64,000 bases of DNA from Cirrosporium novae-zelandiae (lineage: Eukaryota), in the NCBI GenBank assembly GCA_026023565.1, contig JAPETS010000034.1, positions 186,001 through 250,000 on the forward strand, given 5' to 3'. The notes below the pieces were generated by a model. It worked only from the letters and a program-made list of their open reading frames with translations, was not told the DNA's origin and did no database searches. Below, one piece after another: positions 38,618-51,549 of the stretch. Numbering within the stretch: position 1 is the stretch's first letter; each line of letters starts with the position of its first letter. The position numbers were made by a program, and so were the translations under genes.

Positions 38618-39832
38618 GGGGAGGGAGACTTTAAGTCGTCCGGTATGTCTGGGAGCAAAATTTGTATCATGAATTTGATTGTAGGAATGAGTGCGGAGGA
38701 CAATTTAAGAAACGTTTCATATCGGGAAAAGTTAGTCATCTTATATCTGGTCAAAGTCTCCGAGGGTTCACCCTCATATTAATTATAGAGCAAATTGCCC
38801 CTGTTATATTGACATGAGTCTGGAAGCTATTGCGATGTAAAAAAAAAGCAGTTGTTTTGAGTAGTTAAACTGATATTAGTTCGAGGGAGCTTAATATAGT
38901 TACAGATGTCGCTTAGACCCTATGGTTAAAAGATTCATACAATGATTTGCGCACGGACCACCTATTTTTGCTAGCATAGTTCACCAAATGTTAGACCCAT
39001 ACAAAATCGGCTGGCAGTGTGCCTTGGGGGGCTAACTTCCGTGGTCGCGATGGTAATGTAATTAATATATATAAGAATTTAACCACAACACAATAATAAA
39101 TAATTATAATTAACTATGGCAGATTGATAAGCTACTATTAAAATACCATATATCGTTGTTATAATTATTCTGAAAAATTGTGAAGTCATAGATATATCTT
39201 AGGGAATCAAATCTGTGAGTCTGCCTTGAAGTTCAATTATCGAATCCTCGCTTAAGAATGTTAAAATATAAGGTGAACGGAACTTTTTTACAGGTGAACC
39301 CAATTATATATTCATTCAGCCTTTACACAACAATTTGGAATTTAAATATTCAGAATTTTAGCCTTTATAAGAAATCTATAACTGCCTCCACCTCCAATTA
39401 ATGGCTTAATCAAACCAAACCAACGTGGGATTAATTACAATACTTTATCTTCTTATTTCTGTTGCTCTTCTCCCATGCTAGGCCATTGAGCATGCGAATG
39501 AAGGGTCGCCAAGGCACTCTCTGCCGTCATCTCCCATTCACGTGATAGCTTCTTTCTCTTTATACGGTTGCATAGTTCATGTAAAGCAATATCCAGAAGT
39601 AAACTGAAGTAGAGACACGCTATGATGCCTTCTTGGAAGCTACAACCGATGCTGACAAGAATATGCTTTGATTTCAAAAATTATAGAGCAGTATTACTAA
39701 TCGTCACCCCGCATATCCTTTCGCCCATATAAAAGGCTACTAGTAATCCCCTTGTTTCCCTAAGTCATATTTAATTTATTTTTCATATAATTTAACTTGA
39801 AAGTTTTAATTTGTATCAGATATTCCTCAACT

Positions 39833-41650
39833 ATGGCATTCGTTACTGTTGCCGATCTACCATGGCACGCCGGGGAGGAGCGGATGCATAAACTTCTCCA
39901 TGTGCCAGATAATGATAATCCCACATCATCAAGTCTAACGCCAGGTGCTGCCAATCTGTTGATGAGATCTCCACTCCTTTCTATCGGGACTTTAGACTCC
40001 GAAGGATGGCCATGGACGACGGTGCTAGGAGGCGAAGCAGGTTTATCTCAACCACTCAATTCAAGTGTCATAGGTATCAAGGCTGTGGTTGATAAAAATT
40101 ATGATCCTGTTCTACGGGCCATGTTTCAAGGAAAGATTAATGGGGAGGTTGTGCAGGAGCAGGGAATGGGAAGAATGGTCAGTGGACTCGCAATAGATCT
40201 CGAGAACAGGAAGCGAGTCAAGGTATATGGACGAATGATTGCTGGGGCTCTGGGTTCTCCTGATGACTCCCAAGACTCATTTGGCGACGTTCAGCTAGCT
40301 GTGCGGGTTGAGCAGAGTTTAGGAAATTGTCCCAAGTATTTGAATAAGAAGCATATATACTCTGTGTCGCCGGTTCCAGTTCTCATCTCAGAGTCCAAAC
40401 AACTGCCCCAAAGAGCATTGGATTTACTTGCCAAGGTTGACCTCTTTTTTATATCCTCCTCCAACCATGACTGTGATATGGACACCAACCACCGTGGCGG
40501 ACCTCCAGGGTTCGTCCGTGTTCTATCAAATGACCTAGATGGGACGGCAATTGTCTATCCTGAATATTCTGGGAATCGCCTTTATCAGACCCTAGGAAAT
40601 CTCCAAACAACTCCTAAGGCTGGTCTTACATTTCCCGACTTTGATACCGGCGACGTGCTGTATGTTAGTGGAGATACAGAAGTATTAGTTGGCCGCGATG
40701 CAGATAGATTGCTACCGCATGCAAATCTCGCTGTAAAGATCTCTATCAAACGTGCAAGATTTGTTGAAAAGGGACTAGCATTCAGAGGCACCCCTGGCGA
40801 ACCCTCACCCTATAATCCCCGGGTGCGGTATCTAGTCAACGAGCCTCAGGCCAATATATCAGACCTTTCATCTGCCTCTTCAACATCTGTGAGGTTAACC
40901 AAACGTGAGATTATCACCCCTACTATTGCGCGCTTCACGTTTGAGAATATAGACCCTGCTATCGTTAGTTCAGGATGGAAAGCAGGACAGTATGTGGCAT
41001 TGGGTTTTGAGAATGAGCTTGGCCATGGATATAGCCACATGCGAGATTATGATCCGAGAAGTCTCAATGATGACTATTTGCGAACATTCACAGTGTCGTC
41101 GCAACCTCCCGATGAAGGCAAAAAATTTGAGCGGTTCGAGATTACCATCCGAAAGGTTGGGGTTGTCACGGATTATCTATTCAACCTACAGATTAGGAAT
41201 GAGTTGGAAGTACAACTCAGGGGGTTTGGAGGTGAATTTATATTCCGGCAAGATGCAGGGAAAGGCATTGGCTTTATTGCTGGAGGGATCGGGATAACCC
41301 CAATTTTGGCACAGTCAAGTTCCCTAGATCGCTCTAGCCTCCGTATCTTCTGGACAGTCAGTATCAATGATATTAAAATTGTTCTCGATACATTCGAGAG
41401 ACACCCGGGGCTGAAGCAATGCACTCATGTGTTTATAACGGGGACAAGGGAAGCATCAAAAAAAGACAGAGAAGAAGTTAACCGAATTCGAAGTATGACA
41501 CAAGTTTTTGAACGGCGTCTGTCTAAATCTGATTTGGATGTGGCTGAAGAAGTGGGGGCTTGGTATCTCTGTGCAGGACCAGCATTTCGAAAATCGGTAT
41601 TGGAATGGTTGAAAGGAAAAAATGTCCAGTTTGAGGACTTCGGTTACTAA
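39833..41650 (+). CDS. PNPOx-like / FAD-NAD(P)-binding (FNR-like) fusion oxidoreductase
   Basis: PWHAGE, GNCPKY, NHRGGPPGFVRV, YPEYSGNRLYQTLGN, RTFTVSS, IAGGIGITP, YLCAG, EDFGY*; intronless. Confidence 0.9.
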   Translation: MAFVTVADLPWHAGEERMHKLLHVPDNDNPTSSSLTPGAANLLMRSPLLSIGTLDSEGWPWTTVLGGEAGLSQPLNSSVIGIKAVVDKNYDPVLRAMFQGKINGEVVQEQGMGRMVSGLAIDLENRKRVKVYGRMIAGALGSPDDSQDSFGDVQLAVRVEQSLGNCPKYLNKKHIYSVSPVPVLISESKQLPQRALDLLAKVDLFFISSSNHDCDMDTNHRGGPPGFVRVLSNDLDGTAIVYPEYSGNRLYQTLGNLQTTPKAGLTFPDFDTGDVLYVSGDTEVLVGRDADRLLPHANLAVKISIKRARFVEKGLAFRGTPGEPSPYNPRVRYLVNEPQANISDLSSASSTSVRLTKREIITPTIARFTFENIDPAIVSSGWKAGQYVALGFENELGHGYSHMRDYDPRSLNDDYLRTFTVSSQPPDEGKKFERFEITIRKVGVVTDYLFNLQIRNELEVQLRGFGGEFIFRQDAGKGIGFIAGGIGITPILAQSSSLDRSSLRIFWTVSINDIKIVLDTFERHPGLKQCTHVFITGTREASKKDREEVNRIRSMTQVFERRLSKSDLDVAEEVGAWYLCAGPAFRKSVLEWLKGKNVQFEDFGY

Positions 41651-41715
41651 GATAAAATGCCTCTAGCTCTCTTGCTTCACTGAACTAGATGGAGTCGGTG
41701 ATGTTGTATGTTTAG

Positions 41716-42632
41716 CTAATTGATTATGTATCCTCCATCAACCACCATCGCATGCCCTTGCACAAACGACGCTTTCGTTGACGATAAAAATATTGCGCAG
41801 TCGGCTACCTCACTTGGCTTTCCCATCCTTCGCATTGGTGCAATGTTAATGACGGATGCCGAAATTTCAATTTGCCTCCCGGGGCCCGTTGTCATCGGTG
41901 TTTCAATGACTCCAGGGCAGATACAATTTACCCTGATACCATGTGGGGAATAATCAATCGCATCAGCACGAGTCATTGCGATTACAGCAGCTTTGGATGC
42001 AGAGTAGACGGCTGGAGAGTGAAGGTTATTGGACTTATGCAAGCTTATTGCCGCGAAAGAACTCACGAGTATTTGGCCTTCCGACTATTCCTAATTGACT
42101 TGCTATATTCACGATGCTCCCTCGTGGTGGCGGTCTCCCTGCTTCGTGACTTAGTAACCGCCCTTGGTTAGTCATAGCGGTCAATTCAGCTCTCGAAGTC
42201 AACCAGCAGCCACGATAATTGATGTTATTGATACGATCAAAGTCCTCAATAGATGTTGCAGTTGAGAACCAGTTATTTCCCATTATACCAGCACAATTAA
42301 CACAGTAATCGAGTCGCCTAAATTCTTCAACTGTAGAAGTGACAAACGAAGGAGCAAAGGACGGATCAGCAATATCACCTGCGACAGCATGAACGATAAC
42401 AGTTGGATGATCTTGGATAATTTTCTCTTTTGTTTGTTGAAGGAGACCTTCATTAATATCTGTAATTGCAATGCGATTGCATCCTGCATCGGCAAAGCCT
42501 TTTGCTGTAGCTGCCCCGATACCTGTGAGTGTAAGCTTGCACGCTCTATAGGGGTTTGAAAATTTTGTGACTCCTACCACTGGCGGCTCCAGTGACGAGC
42601 GCAACACCTAGAAAAAGAGACTCTGCTGCCAT
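41716..42632 (-). CDS. Short-chain dehydrogenase/reductase
   Basis: ALVTGAASG|IG, VNCAG, IVNIAS, YSASK, IRVNCICPG, VDGGY; two introns. Confidence 0.92.
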
Positions 42633-45298
42633 CCCCAAATCTGAAGAGCATAGATATGTAGTTTAACGTGCATACAAGTATGTGCAATATCAGCTTAAAG
42701 ATTTGGCTGTATAGTGACAATTGCGACCGTAGATAAAGAGGGATAAACACCCATCTTTAATATTTATGGGTCCATATTTGAGCGGAGATAGGCGATAGAA
42801 GAGAACTGGTGGGGTGTATGAGGGGTAAATATAGAAGAATACTGATACCAGTGTGACCAATCACTAGCGTTCTTGAGAATCGAACCCAACTTGGTATTTA
42901 TGGCATCCGACAAATATTTGTGTAATATGCCGCTGGTTATCATTCTTCGAGCACGTGTCGAGGCTATGTTACCGCCAGTGTCGCCTAGGAGGCTAGCCGA
43001 TTCATAGCTGGTCTTTTCATTCATATATCGCTACTTTCACAAACTTAAGTATTTCTTTCGAAGATCATTATGCTTCAATACAACGCCAAACAGAGTCTGA
43101 GCACCCGTGCTACACTCAACGCACGAAACCGCTATCACATCGAATTCTCTCAGGTCGAAGCCCCAGACATTCTCACAATTCATGACCTCTAGACTCTCCT
43201 CTTAGTGATCTTCATGAACGTTCTAAATTCTTCTTCTACGCCTAGTATGGAGAAAGAATTTGTGAAACTGGAGCACGAAAGGAGAATCCTTGGAGTTTGA
43301 ACCTTGGACACGAAGCCAATGTCATTAGACACACAACTAGAATACGCGTAGACAAATGGAGAGAAGACAATATGTGTCTCGTCATCTTATCACTACGCAC
43401 CAGTGCCTGTCTGAGACATCTCCGAGCAGACTCTATTTGTTGCAAGTTCCGAAACGAAGACATAACTATACTTTTATTCCAAAGTTTTTATGCCGAACAA
43501 CTAAAAAATTATTTTCCTTTGTTTTCACAAGCACATTGTCTCTAGAGACGACAATGGAACTCATTTCTTGCATTTGGGAAAACTATACATATGGTTCCGA
43601 TGTGAATGAGATGTATTTCTTCTCTAGACAAGGCAAGCCCTTTGAGATTACGACCACAACTGCAATCACCTACGAATATTTCACACACTACAGACACAAA
43701 CGCAAACATAGCGCACATCAGTCTCCGGGGGATACTATTAACCCCAAATATCCGATATTTATTGGTCTTGGGAGGGCGGTTTGAAAACAGATTTCGACCC
43801 GAGATACCTCGATTCCCCCTAGCGTATCGCGATTTCCTCGGGACTCTGGCTAACCCCCGCGCTTGCGAATTCCAGAGATTAAAGATTTCCAAATTTATCT
43901 TAAGGAGTTCAACCTAATAATCAGATCTCTCTTTGGTCGAACTGGCACCAGCCACATCACTTCCTTCAGGGCTGATATTCTAGAAGAATGGCGGGATATG
44001 TGTTACAAGCTACCCTTGTCCCGGCCACCTAACACCGCGATCCAAATACAGTATCTCCGGATGCTACACGACTTGTTGGCGGACCATGGTCGTAGGATAA
44101 CACTTATAAATCCTACCAACTTTCCTGTGGATGAATTCGATAACGTTTTGTGCATTCTCAAGATGATTGGTGACAAAGAATTCAACGATCCAGATAATCG
44201 ATGGCTCCTACAATGGTTCCACGATCGGTTTAGATGTTAGAAGGTATTCAAGTTCCAGTCTATCTCTTTAAACGCTTCAACATATGTTTGGCCGCATTTT
44301 TGTATTAAACAGAGGTGGCTGGACCACTTCCATAAAAGAAATTTAAAATCAGCATCTAAAATAATTCCAGACATCTTGAGCTTATCATTGCCGTAAATTG
44401 GTTAATTCAAGAATCAGTAATAATAATCTGAAATGAAATATGAACCTTTGATAAACAAACAAATAACTAGATCGATAACTATCACTCCAGGAAACTTAAA
44501 CCATATGTCAAGATAGCAACATACCAAAACATCGTAGACCCCTCCACATAACCATATCCATACAGACGAATCAACACCGTGTTCCACTAAGTCACCAAAA
44601 CCATTAACCCCTTTCTAAAAGCCTCCCTTTGTCTGATTCTGGAGGCCGACGGGGACATGATGCTGTTAGGGGAGAGGGAGGCGCAATGTGTTAGAACAAT
44701 GAGAACCCGTATAATCAATGACATAACAATTCCACCCCCAGCAATCATATCATTCATTCCTCAAAGGTTCCTTCATCATTCCAATTCATCAGAGGGATGT
44801 GCATGCAAATATAGAATCACATAGCATAATCAATAATTAATTACAATGGTCCACCGTTGTAGTTAAGATAAACTAAAAAAGTACATAATCTCCAGGGTGG
44901 TGTCTGCAGGGGAGGGGGGGCAGGTATAAAATAGTGTCGGCGATGACGTAATGATTCCAAATCTCTAGCCTTTTTTTTTGCCCCTCTGGACTAGTGCTTT
45001 GGCTGCTGTTTTTGGGATACTCTACCTTTATTTATTTCTCCTGGAGGGGTTTTCAAGGATACTGCTGTGGAATATAAAGAGATAATTGACGTCTCTCCTG
45101 CAATTTCATTCTTGATACAAGTAAAAAAAAATAAGTCTCTATAATTCCCACCCACCGACCCACTTACTCTTTCATCCAAAGCACACACCCTACAGCTTCT
45201 AGCTAACACCTCCCCAACAACAACTCAACCACCAAAGCCGCCCACCCAATCGCCGCATTTCCTCTCCGCGCTCGCACTACTACTCCTAGCCCTCTTCA

Positions 45299-46172
45299 AT
45301 GCCATTCCTGAATCGCATTCTCCGACCCTTCTCATCATCATCGCCACCCCGAATGTCGCTGAACGCTGAAGGCGGCGGGGCCTACCCCGCCAACGCGCAG
45401 AAATGCACTGTCGCCGCGGGCTGCTTCTGGGGCGTCGATCATTTATATCGGAAACATTTTGGGAATGGGAAGGGGTTGCTGGATGCTGAGGTGGGGTACT
45501 GTGGGGGAAAGACCAGCGATCCTAGTTATCGGAAGGTTTGTAGTGGGACTACGGGACGTATGTTAGACGTTTATTTTTTGGTTGTTGGGGGATTCGCTGA
45601 GTGTTGATTGATTGACCGACTGACTATGTTGCGCGTGTATGCAGATGCCGAAAGTCTCCAGATGATATTCGATCCATCGGTTGTTACCTATAGGCAATTG
45701 ATTGAATTCTTTTACAAAATGCATGATCCGACCACATTGAATAGGTATGACCGCTACCCGGAAATATTTGAGATGGTCCCACATATCTAATCCTTGGAAC
45801 AGACAAGGCGGGGATACGGGAACCCAGTACCGAAGTGCTATTTTCTACCACAATGAAGAGCAAGAGAAAACGGCAAAGGAGGTGACACAGCTCATTCAGG
45901 GCAAATGGTGGAGAGCTGGGGATATAACCACGGAGATTGCTCGTACGTGAAATTCTAAAATGCAGATTTGATGATGAGGGACTCTTACTGAAATTCTATA
46001 GCTTTTGGGGAATGGTATAGTGCTGAGAAATATCATCAGTTATATTTGGATAAGAATCCTGGTGGTTATGAGTGCCCTGCACAGTAAGTTACCTGTCTTG
46101 CTCGTTATAGCAGGGTTTATCACTAACGTTCTGGGTTCCAGCTATGTCCGCAATTTCCCTCCTTTGTCTTAG
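45299..46172 (+). CDS. msrA: Peptide methionine sulfoxide reductase A
   Basis: [59 protein letters not shown]; four introns. Confidence 0.95.
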
Positions 46173-46315
46173 AAAAAAAGTGTTAAATTATAATTATTAC
46201 AAATACATACATGAATCTGGAAAGCACGGCGAAATTGTATAAGTATTAGACTAATATTGGAATTAAAAGATCCCCCTTCATTGAGCGAAATTGCATGCTC
46301 CCTTTTTCCAAAAAT

Positions 46316-47840
46316 CTACAGGACAGGGTCTCCATCAGCATCTATCAAAACAAACTGTTCGCAAATCGAAGTTCCTTTGAACTTCTTTTTCCTTTTGATT
46401 CCACCGCTTAGGCTGCCCGCCCACCTTGTATAAAGTCCGTCGACATCCAAGAGGAGGTTCACGAGCGAAACATCCACCTCCAATTTGCCCTTGCGGCCAA
46501 GGTATATCTCGACATGGTAACCGCTTGGCATCGGAGATTCGAGAGTGGGTGGATAGGTTGAGTTGTTCCCCGTCGGCCGCACTTTAACACCATGACAGCT
46601 GTGACTAAGGACTTTTCCTCCCTTAGAAACGTATCCGGATGTATATTCGGTACCATTGAGATGTTTTATATCGAACCACACAATCGAGTAAGGTCCTAGT
46701 CTGCCGTGACCCCAGTACCAGCCTAGTCCAAGTCAATACTTGCGAATTAAAGTTTCAAAGAGACGAGACATACTCGCTACGTTATCTTGCATAGGTTGGT
46801 CTGCCCAGCTAGAACTGGTTAGCACGAGATCTGGAAATGGGTAAAAGAGGTTATAAAAAGGGCTTGTTATAAGCTAACCCAAACCGAACCCAAGTTAACT
46901 TTTGCGTGAAGACCTCTATGAGGTCTCATTGCACGAGCAATTTCGAAGCTAGCCCTCTCGGTTGCTTATTCTCGATTTTGCAGGCCAATAGCTGGAATGG
47001 TTGATTTAACGAAATGTTTGTGAATAACGGAAAAAGGAAATCATAAATACTTTTTGTCATGATAACCGATTCCGGTAAAGTTGACATCCGTTCCATTAAG
47101 GTTCAAATTTATCGTTACAACGGAGTCTGGAATAGCATTTGCCCAACCAATATGAGGTAGCAACTCCATGTTCTTACCAGCACCAGCGAGGCGCATGGGT
47201 AGTGAGCAGGGGCAACGGAGTCTAAGACAAGGGATCCTCCTATGTCGAGAGTCGGTGAAGCAATGTCGATACGGTACACGCTCATGTCTGGGTTACCGCA
47301 GAATTGGAAGCCTGTAGGCTTATATGGTTTAGCGACGCCTTTTAGGGGTGGATGTTATACCATACCTCCCAACAGCCGCTAGCTCCATCTCCCACTGTTA
47401 TGATAGTTGCGCTTTGAGCAAAAGCAACCTCAGCTAGAAAGAAAGGATCCCCGGGAACTGAGACGAAAAGGTAGACCGGAAGGATAGTCTCATATTCGAC
47501 AAACGGAAAGGCCGACTGAGGTGCCGTAAAGAAGATGACGGTGACAGAGTATTCCTGGTCTGCCGAAACCGCATCAAAATACCCTAACAATTACTCTCAG
47601 CGTAACCCTTCCAAGCTTTTTTTTTATCAAGAGGAGGGGGATGTCCATACACCAATCGAATGAAGAGTTCGTAATGGGCCGCACCTTAGGAGTATCAAAG
47701 CTCGAAAAAGACGATATGAATTGAGCATTGCTGGTGACATCGTCTACCACAGTTGGACCAACAATGTCTATAATGTGGGCTCCAACTATATCGATAAGAA
47801 CCCCGATGGTTGTGATAAAACTGATGAAGTGAAGAAACAT
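46316..47840 (-). pseudogene. Secreted Diels-Alderase/CrtC-like beta-barrel gene with an apparent 1-nt frameshift (pseudogene or sequencing error)
   Basis: Signal peptide; FDW|WYFDAVS, APAHYPC, HIGWANAIP, GYHDKN|W, WYWGHGRLGPYSIVWFD; frame breaks at 47191-47192. Confidence 0.7.
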
Positions 47841-48757
47841 TTCGAATAGAAGTGTGATGCGTACGGGGGGATCCCGTGTAAGTGAACGAATGAATGAATG
47901 ATTGATAAAGGAATGAGGAGGAGGAGGTTGAGATAGAACGATTGTAAATATTCCAAACTTGAATAAGCCTTGCAACTGAACCACAGCAGCAGCTAGCTTC
48001 AAGTAACAAAAAAAAGAATGAATGAAACAAAAGTTTGCAGATCCCTCCTCTAATAAAAACAAATAAAACAATCTACTACGGAGAAGAAGAAGAGCAGCTC
48101 ACTGTTTTAATTATAACCCGGGTCTTCAAAAAGGTGAGTATAATTGGTGTCTTTTTTTTAAGGAATGCTTGGAATTTGGCTTTATTGAGTACCATTTTCA
48201 GTAATATTTTGTAGTTTATGCGTGCATTGACAAGGAATTTACTTGAAGAAGAAGGGGGGGGGAGGGATAAATTAGAATATCTGTTTTTAGGATTTAAATA
48301 ATGTCTTGTTTAGAAGGAAGTCTTTGATATCGTGTTAGGTTCCGTTAAATGAGACAAGCTTGTTCCACTTGGATGTCTTTCTTTCAAGATCTTAGTAGCT
48401 AGTAGGCATGGGACGAGAAGGGGGGGAATATCTAAATATCCTTAGTAAAAAACATGATTATTTGTCTAATAATATTAAGGTGAATCTCGACACACCTTCG
48501 GGTCCTTATTAATCTCATTCTCGTTTATTTGCTGGGATAAGTATCTGGTCATATCCCATTCCAAAAAAAAAGCGCTGGATATCTCACAATGAGGAACTAT
48601 TCTGAACTTGTACGCCAATTGCCAACTTTGACTTTGGAGTGTTGCTGTATCCCATCCCATCCCATCATGGCAGTTACCTAACACCATGCTTAAACCCAAA
48701 ATATCCGAAGCAAACTCGCTGGAAATGCTGAGAGTGAGGGATCCCCCTTAGAACCAC

Positions 48758-49951
48758 CTAAAGCCAAGCAAGGGTCCATAAGGCTGGCAAATTTGGCCAT
48801 CGTTCTTGCCATTCTGCTAGGATATCGGGTACCCTCTCATCGAAGCCCCGTCTCGCTTCCCCCATACCATTGCTCCAACCCTGGCCTCCTTTGATCAATC
48901 GTTCTTCTCTTGCAGTCTCATTTAATTTTTCTGCCAGCTCCAGTATAGCTCTCCCGCCTACCAGGGCCTCTTCGTGATTATCCCTAATTTCCACATTGAA
49001 GACGTGTACTGGCCTGTTTAGCGGAGCTCCTCGGTTGAGCAAATCGTCAACTACTGCATCCCAGCAGCGCTCTTCACAGGAAATTATAACATCGACAACT
49101 CCAGCTTCAGTACCTTCTGATCCTTTGTCCGTCTTTAGATGCTCGAGCCTAGACGTCCCTGGTCTCCAATCTTGAAATCTTTCTGGCCCCCATTTCAAAT
49201 TCTTGTTTCGCTCAAGCAAGTTGAGTAGTCCATTCTGACGGTAGAGGCGAGGGTCCTTGGCTGAAAGCTCATCATAAATGTCTTTATAGGCAGTGTTATT
49301 GAACGTATAAACATTCGGTTGAGAAATGGATGGGCCTGGTAGACGAACAAGTGAACCAGTGCCAAAGGATATGACTGGAAAGTTGGCAGAGGCAAGTCGT
49401 AGATGGGCTTCCATTGACCTAGTATTAAGAGGCAACTATTAGCTAGGTTATGTTGAACAGAGCATAAGAACAGAGCCAGAAAGTCTTGGGGTATATAGGG
49501 TATGATAGAGTAGGGTAATATGCAGCATAATCCAACGGATTAATACATGGGTCCCAACTTGTAAAAACTAGTATCACTTTTGCAGGGTGGAAAGCTTGAT
49601 AGAGTATTTATATATATTTGACGTTGGTGTGATGATACAACTTCTACATGAGTCTACAATAGGATATGCCTGGGAAACCAAAAAAACCTGACCAAACCAC
49701 CGATTGCACTGAACTCACCTGTTTTGATTGCTCGCGCATACAGTGCAGAACTTCAACTTGAAGCCATCCGTATTATCATTGCTACCATTCACCATGGGGC
49801 CATCTGTAGGTCCATCAAGCGAACTGATTTCTTTGGTTTCTGCTATTACTGGAGCAGATGGAGGTGGCGGAGGGGGCGGAGGAGCTGTTGTTTGTGCCTG
49901 GGGAGGAGCCGTACGACTTGCCAATCGCGCCAAACGCGGATCAGCAGACAT
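48758..49951 (-). CDS. SSU72: RNA polymerase II CTD phosphatase Ssu72
   Basis: [15 protein letters not shown] (CX5R motif), [25 protein letters not shown]; single 300-nt intron 49419-49718. Confidence 0.95.
49624..49695 (+). ncRNA. Candidate box C/D small RNA, antisense within the SSU72 intron
   Basis: Box C GTGATGA (49629-35), box D CTGA (49688-91), terminal stem TTGG/CCAA in kink-turn register, TATATATA just upstream. Guide target not recognised. Confidence 0.45.
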
Positions 49952-51549
49952 TGTATTAGATTGTTGGAATATTGCAACTTGAAATGTTCTATTGACTTGG
50001 AGAGTCAGTAACTGAAATGCCCATACAACAAGAAACTGGGAGAGAGATTGAATTTCGTAAAGGTACAAAAATGTATAACTTCAGATTGAATAGCGTAAAT
50101 AATTAGATAGTCGTCATTCCCTAAAAGGGTTGGACAGCTCCAATAAATAGGAATCATCATTTGATAGGGAGTCAAAAAGGTGTAGAAAATGGAAAACACT
50201 TACCAAGTCAGCTGACTTTTTTAGGTTGTTCAGTACCTTGGAGATGAGAAAGAATTCAAAGCTGAGAGTGGGAGAGAAGTTGACTTCGCTTAGAAGGGAG
50301 AATAAAGGCACGTGATAAGGCAAGATAGTATCTCTTGGCAAGGGAACAAAGAAATTCCCATTGGAAAAATAGAAAAAGCGAAAGAGAAGAAGAAGATGAA
50401 AAAACCTGTCGGGTCTACTTTCTAATAATCCCTGTTGCCCACAGCGTTTCATGTTCCCTCACTCGTTTCATCCATAAAGAGCGGCATTGAATGGGGTAGA
50501 TTATTGTTTAACTAAAAAGTAGTTCATTCAGACGGCCATTCAAACTACATGAGATAATTAAAGAGACATTGTTGAATCTCGACAATCTGATTCTTCATAT
50601 TCCCCCCATCTCAATCAAATTCAATTATTCTTTTAATGTCCTATTCTATGATTACTATCTATTGTGGACCCATTGACTTGATCGCCCTGAAAACAGCCTT
50701 TCACCGTCATCTTCCCGCATGACAAGTTACTCTAAATATAGATAAAGCCAGCCCTGTGAATGTCTTCACTTGTCTCTTGAGTGCAATAATATTAACACTC
50801 AAAAAACCTTTCAAGGAAAACTCCCATCATTATCCTTGCATCGCAAAACAAATCATCTATCAGAATATCAAATTGATTGCGATTTTCGCAACCTGATATT
50901 GCTGTATTTCTGAAACTTTTCTCCAAAAAATCCCCCAGAGGACTGGTACCTCTTTGACCTTGTCATCGACCACCGGACGCATTGATCTCATCTAGGTCAA
51001 ATTCCAAGCGCCCGCCGACCTCGACGCCTAACCATCCAGCGCCTTTACACAGCCACGCTTCCTCCATCAGATCGACAGGCACAACACCCCAAACCATTCA
51101 AACAAAACTCCGAAGCGCATCCTTGGATTGGCGCTTTACATTCCTTCTCGAAGAATTCGAAACATTGACGACTGGATCGCGCTCAGGGTCATCCTTTCAT
51201 AATAGACCTCGAAGAAACAAACAATCTCCAGGCGAGCTACAGACGGGTGACGAACATATTTGTGAACATTTATTCCCTTCGATAACACTGTGGAGCCGAT
51301 GCGAATGTGCGATTATACAAAATAACTCTAAAGTTATATATGCGAAACGAGGTGCTGCTAATGCCGGATATCATTTGCTGAAGACTTTGGTGCCATACTC
51401 AAAGTGCATTTTTCAAGACGGTGCAGGCCACCTCGTGGGCTAAGATCATCTTGACCTAATCTTCTAATATTCTATTCTGCTTTTGAAGAACGACCTATCC
51501 CTTGTGGCCGATCCTTCTTAGCATCTGCAATACTGATATTGATCGTCAC

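Noticed and set aside
39215..39235. Short reverse match (GAGTCTGCCTTGAA) to LTR family A
   Set aside because: Only about 13 bp and the flanks do not align.
50982..51443. 153-aa ORF upstream of the NBP2-like gene
   Set aside because: TTG start and no motif; more likely 5' leader or promoter sequence.
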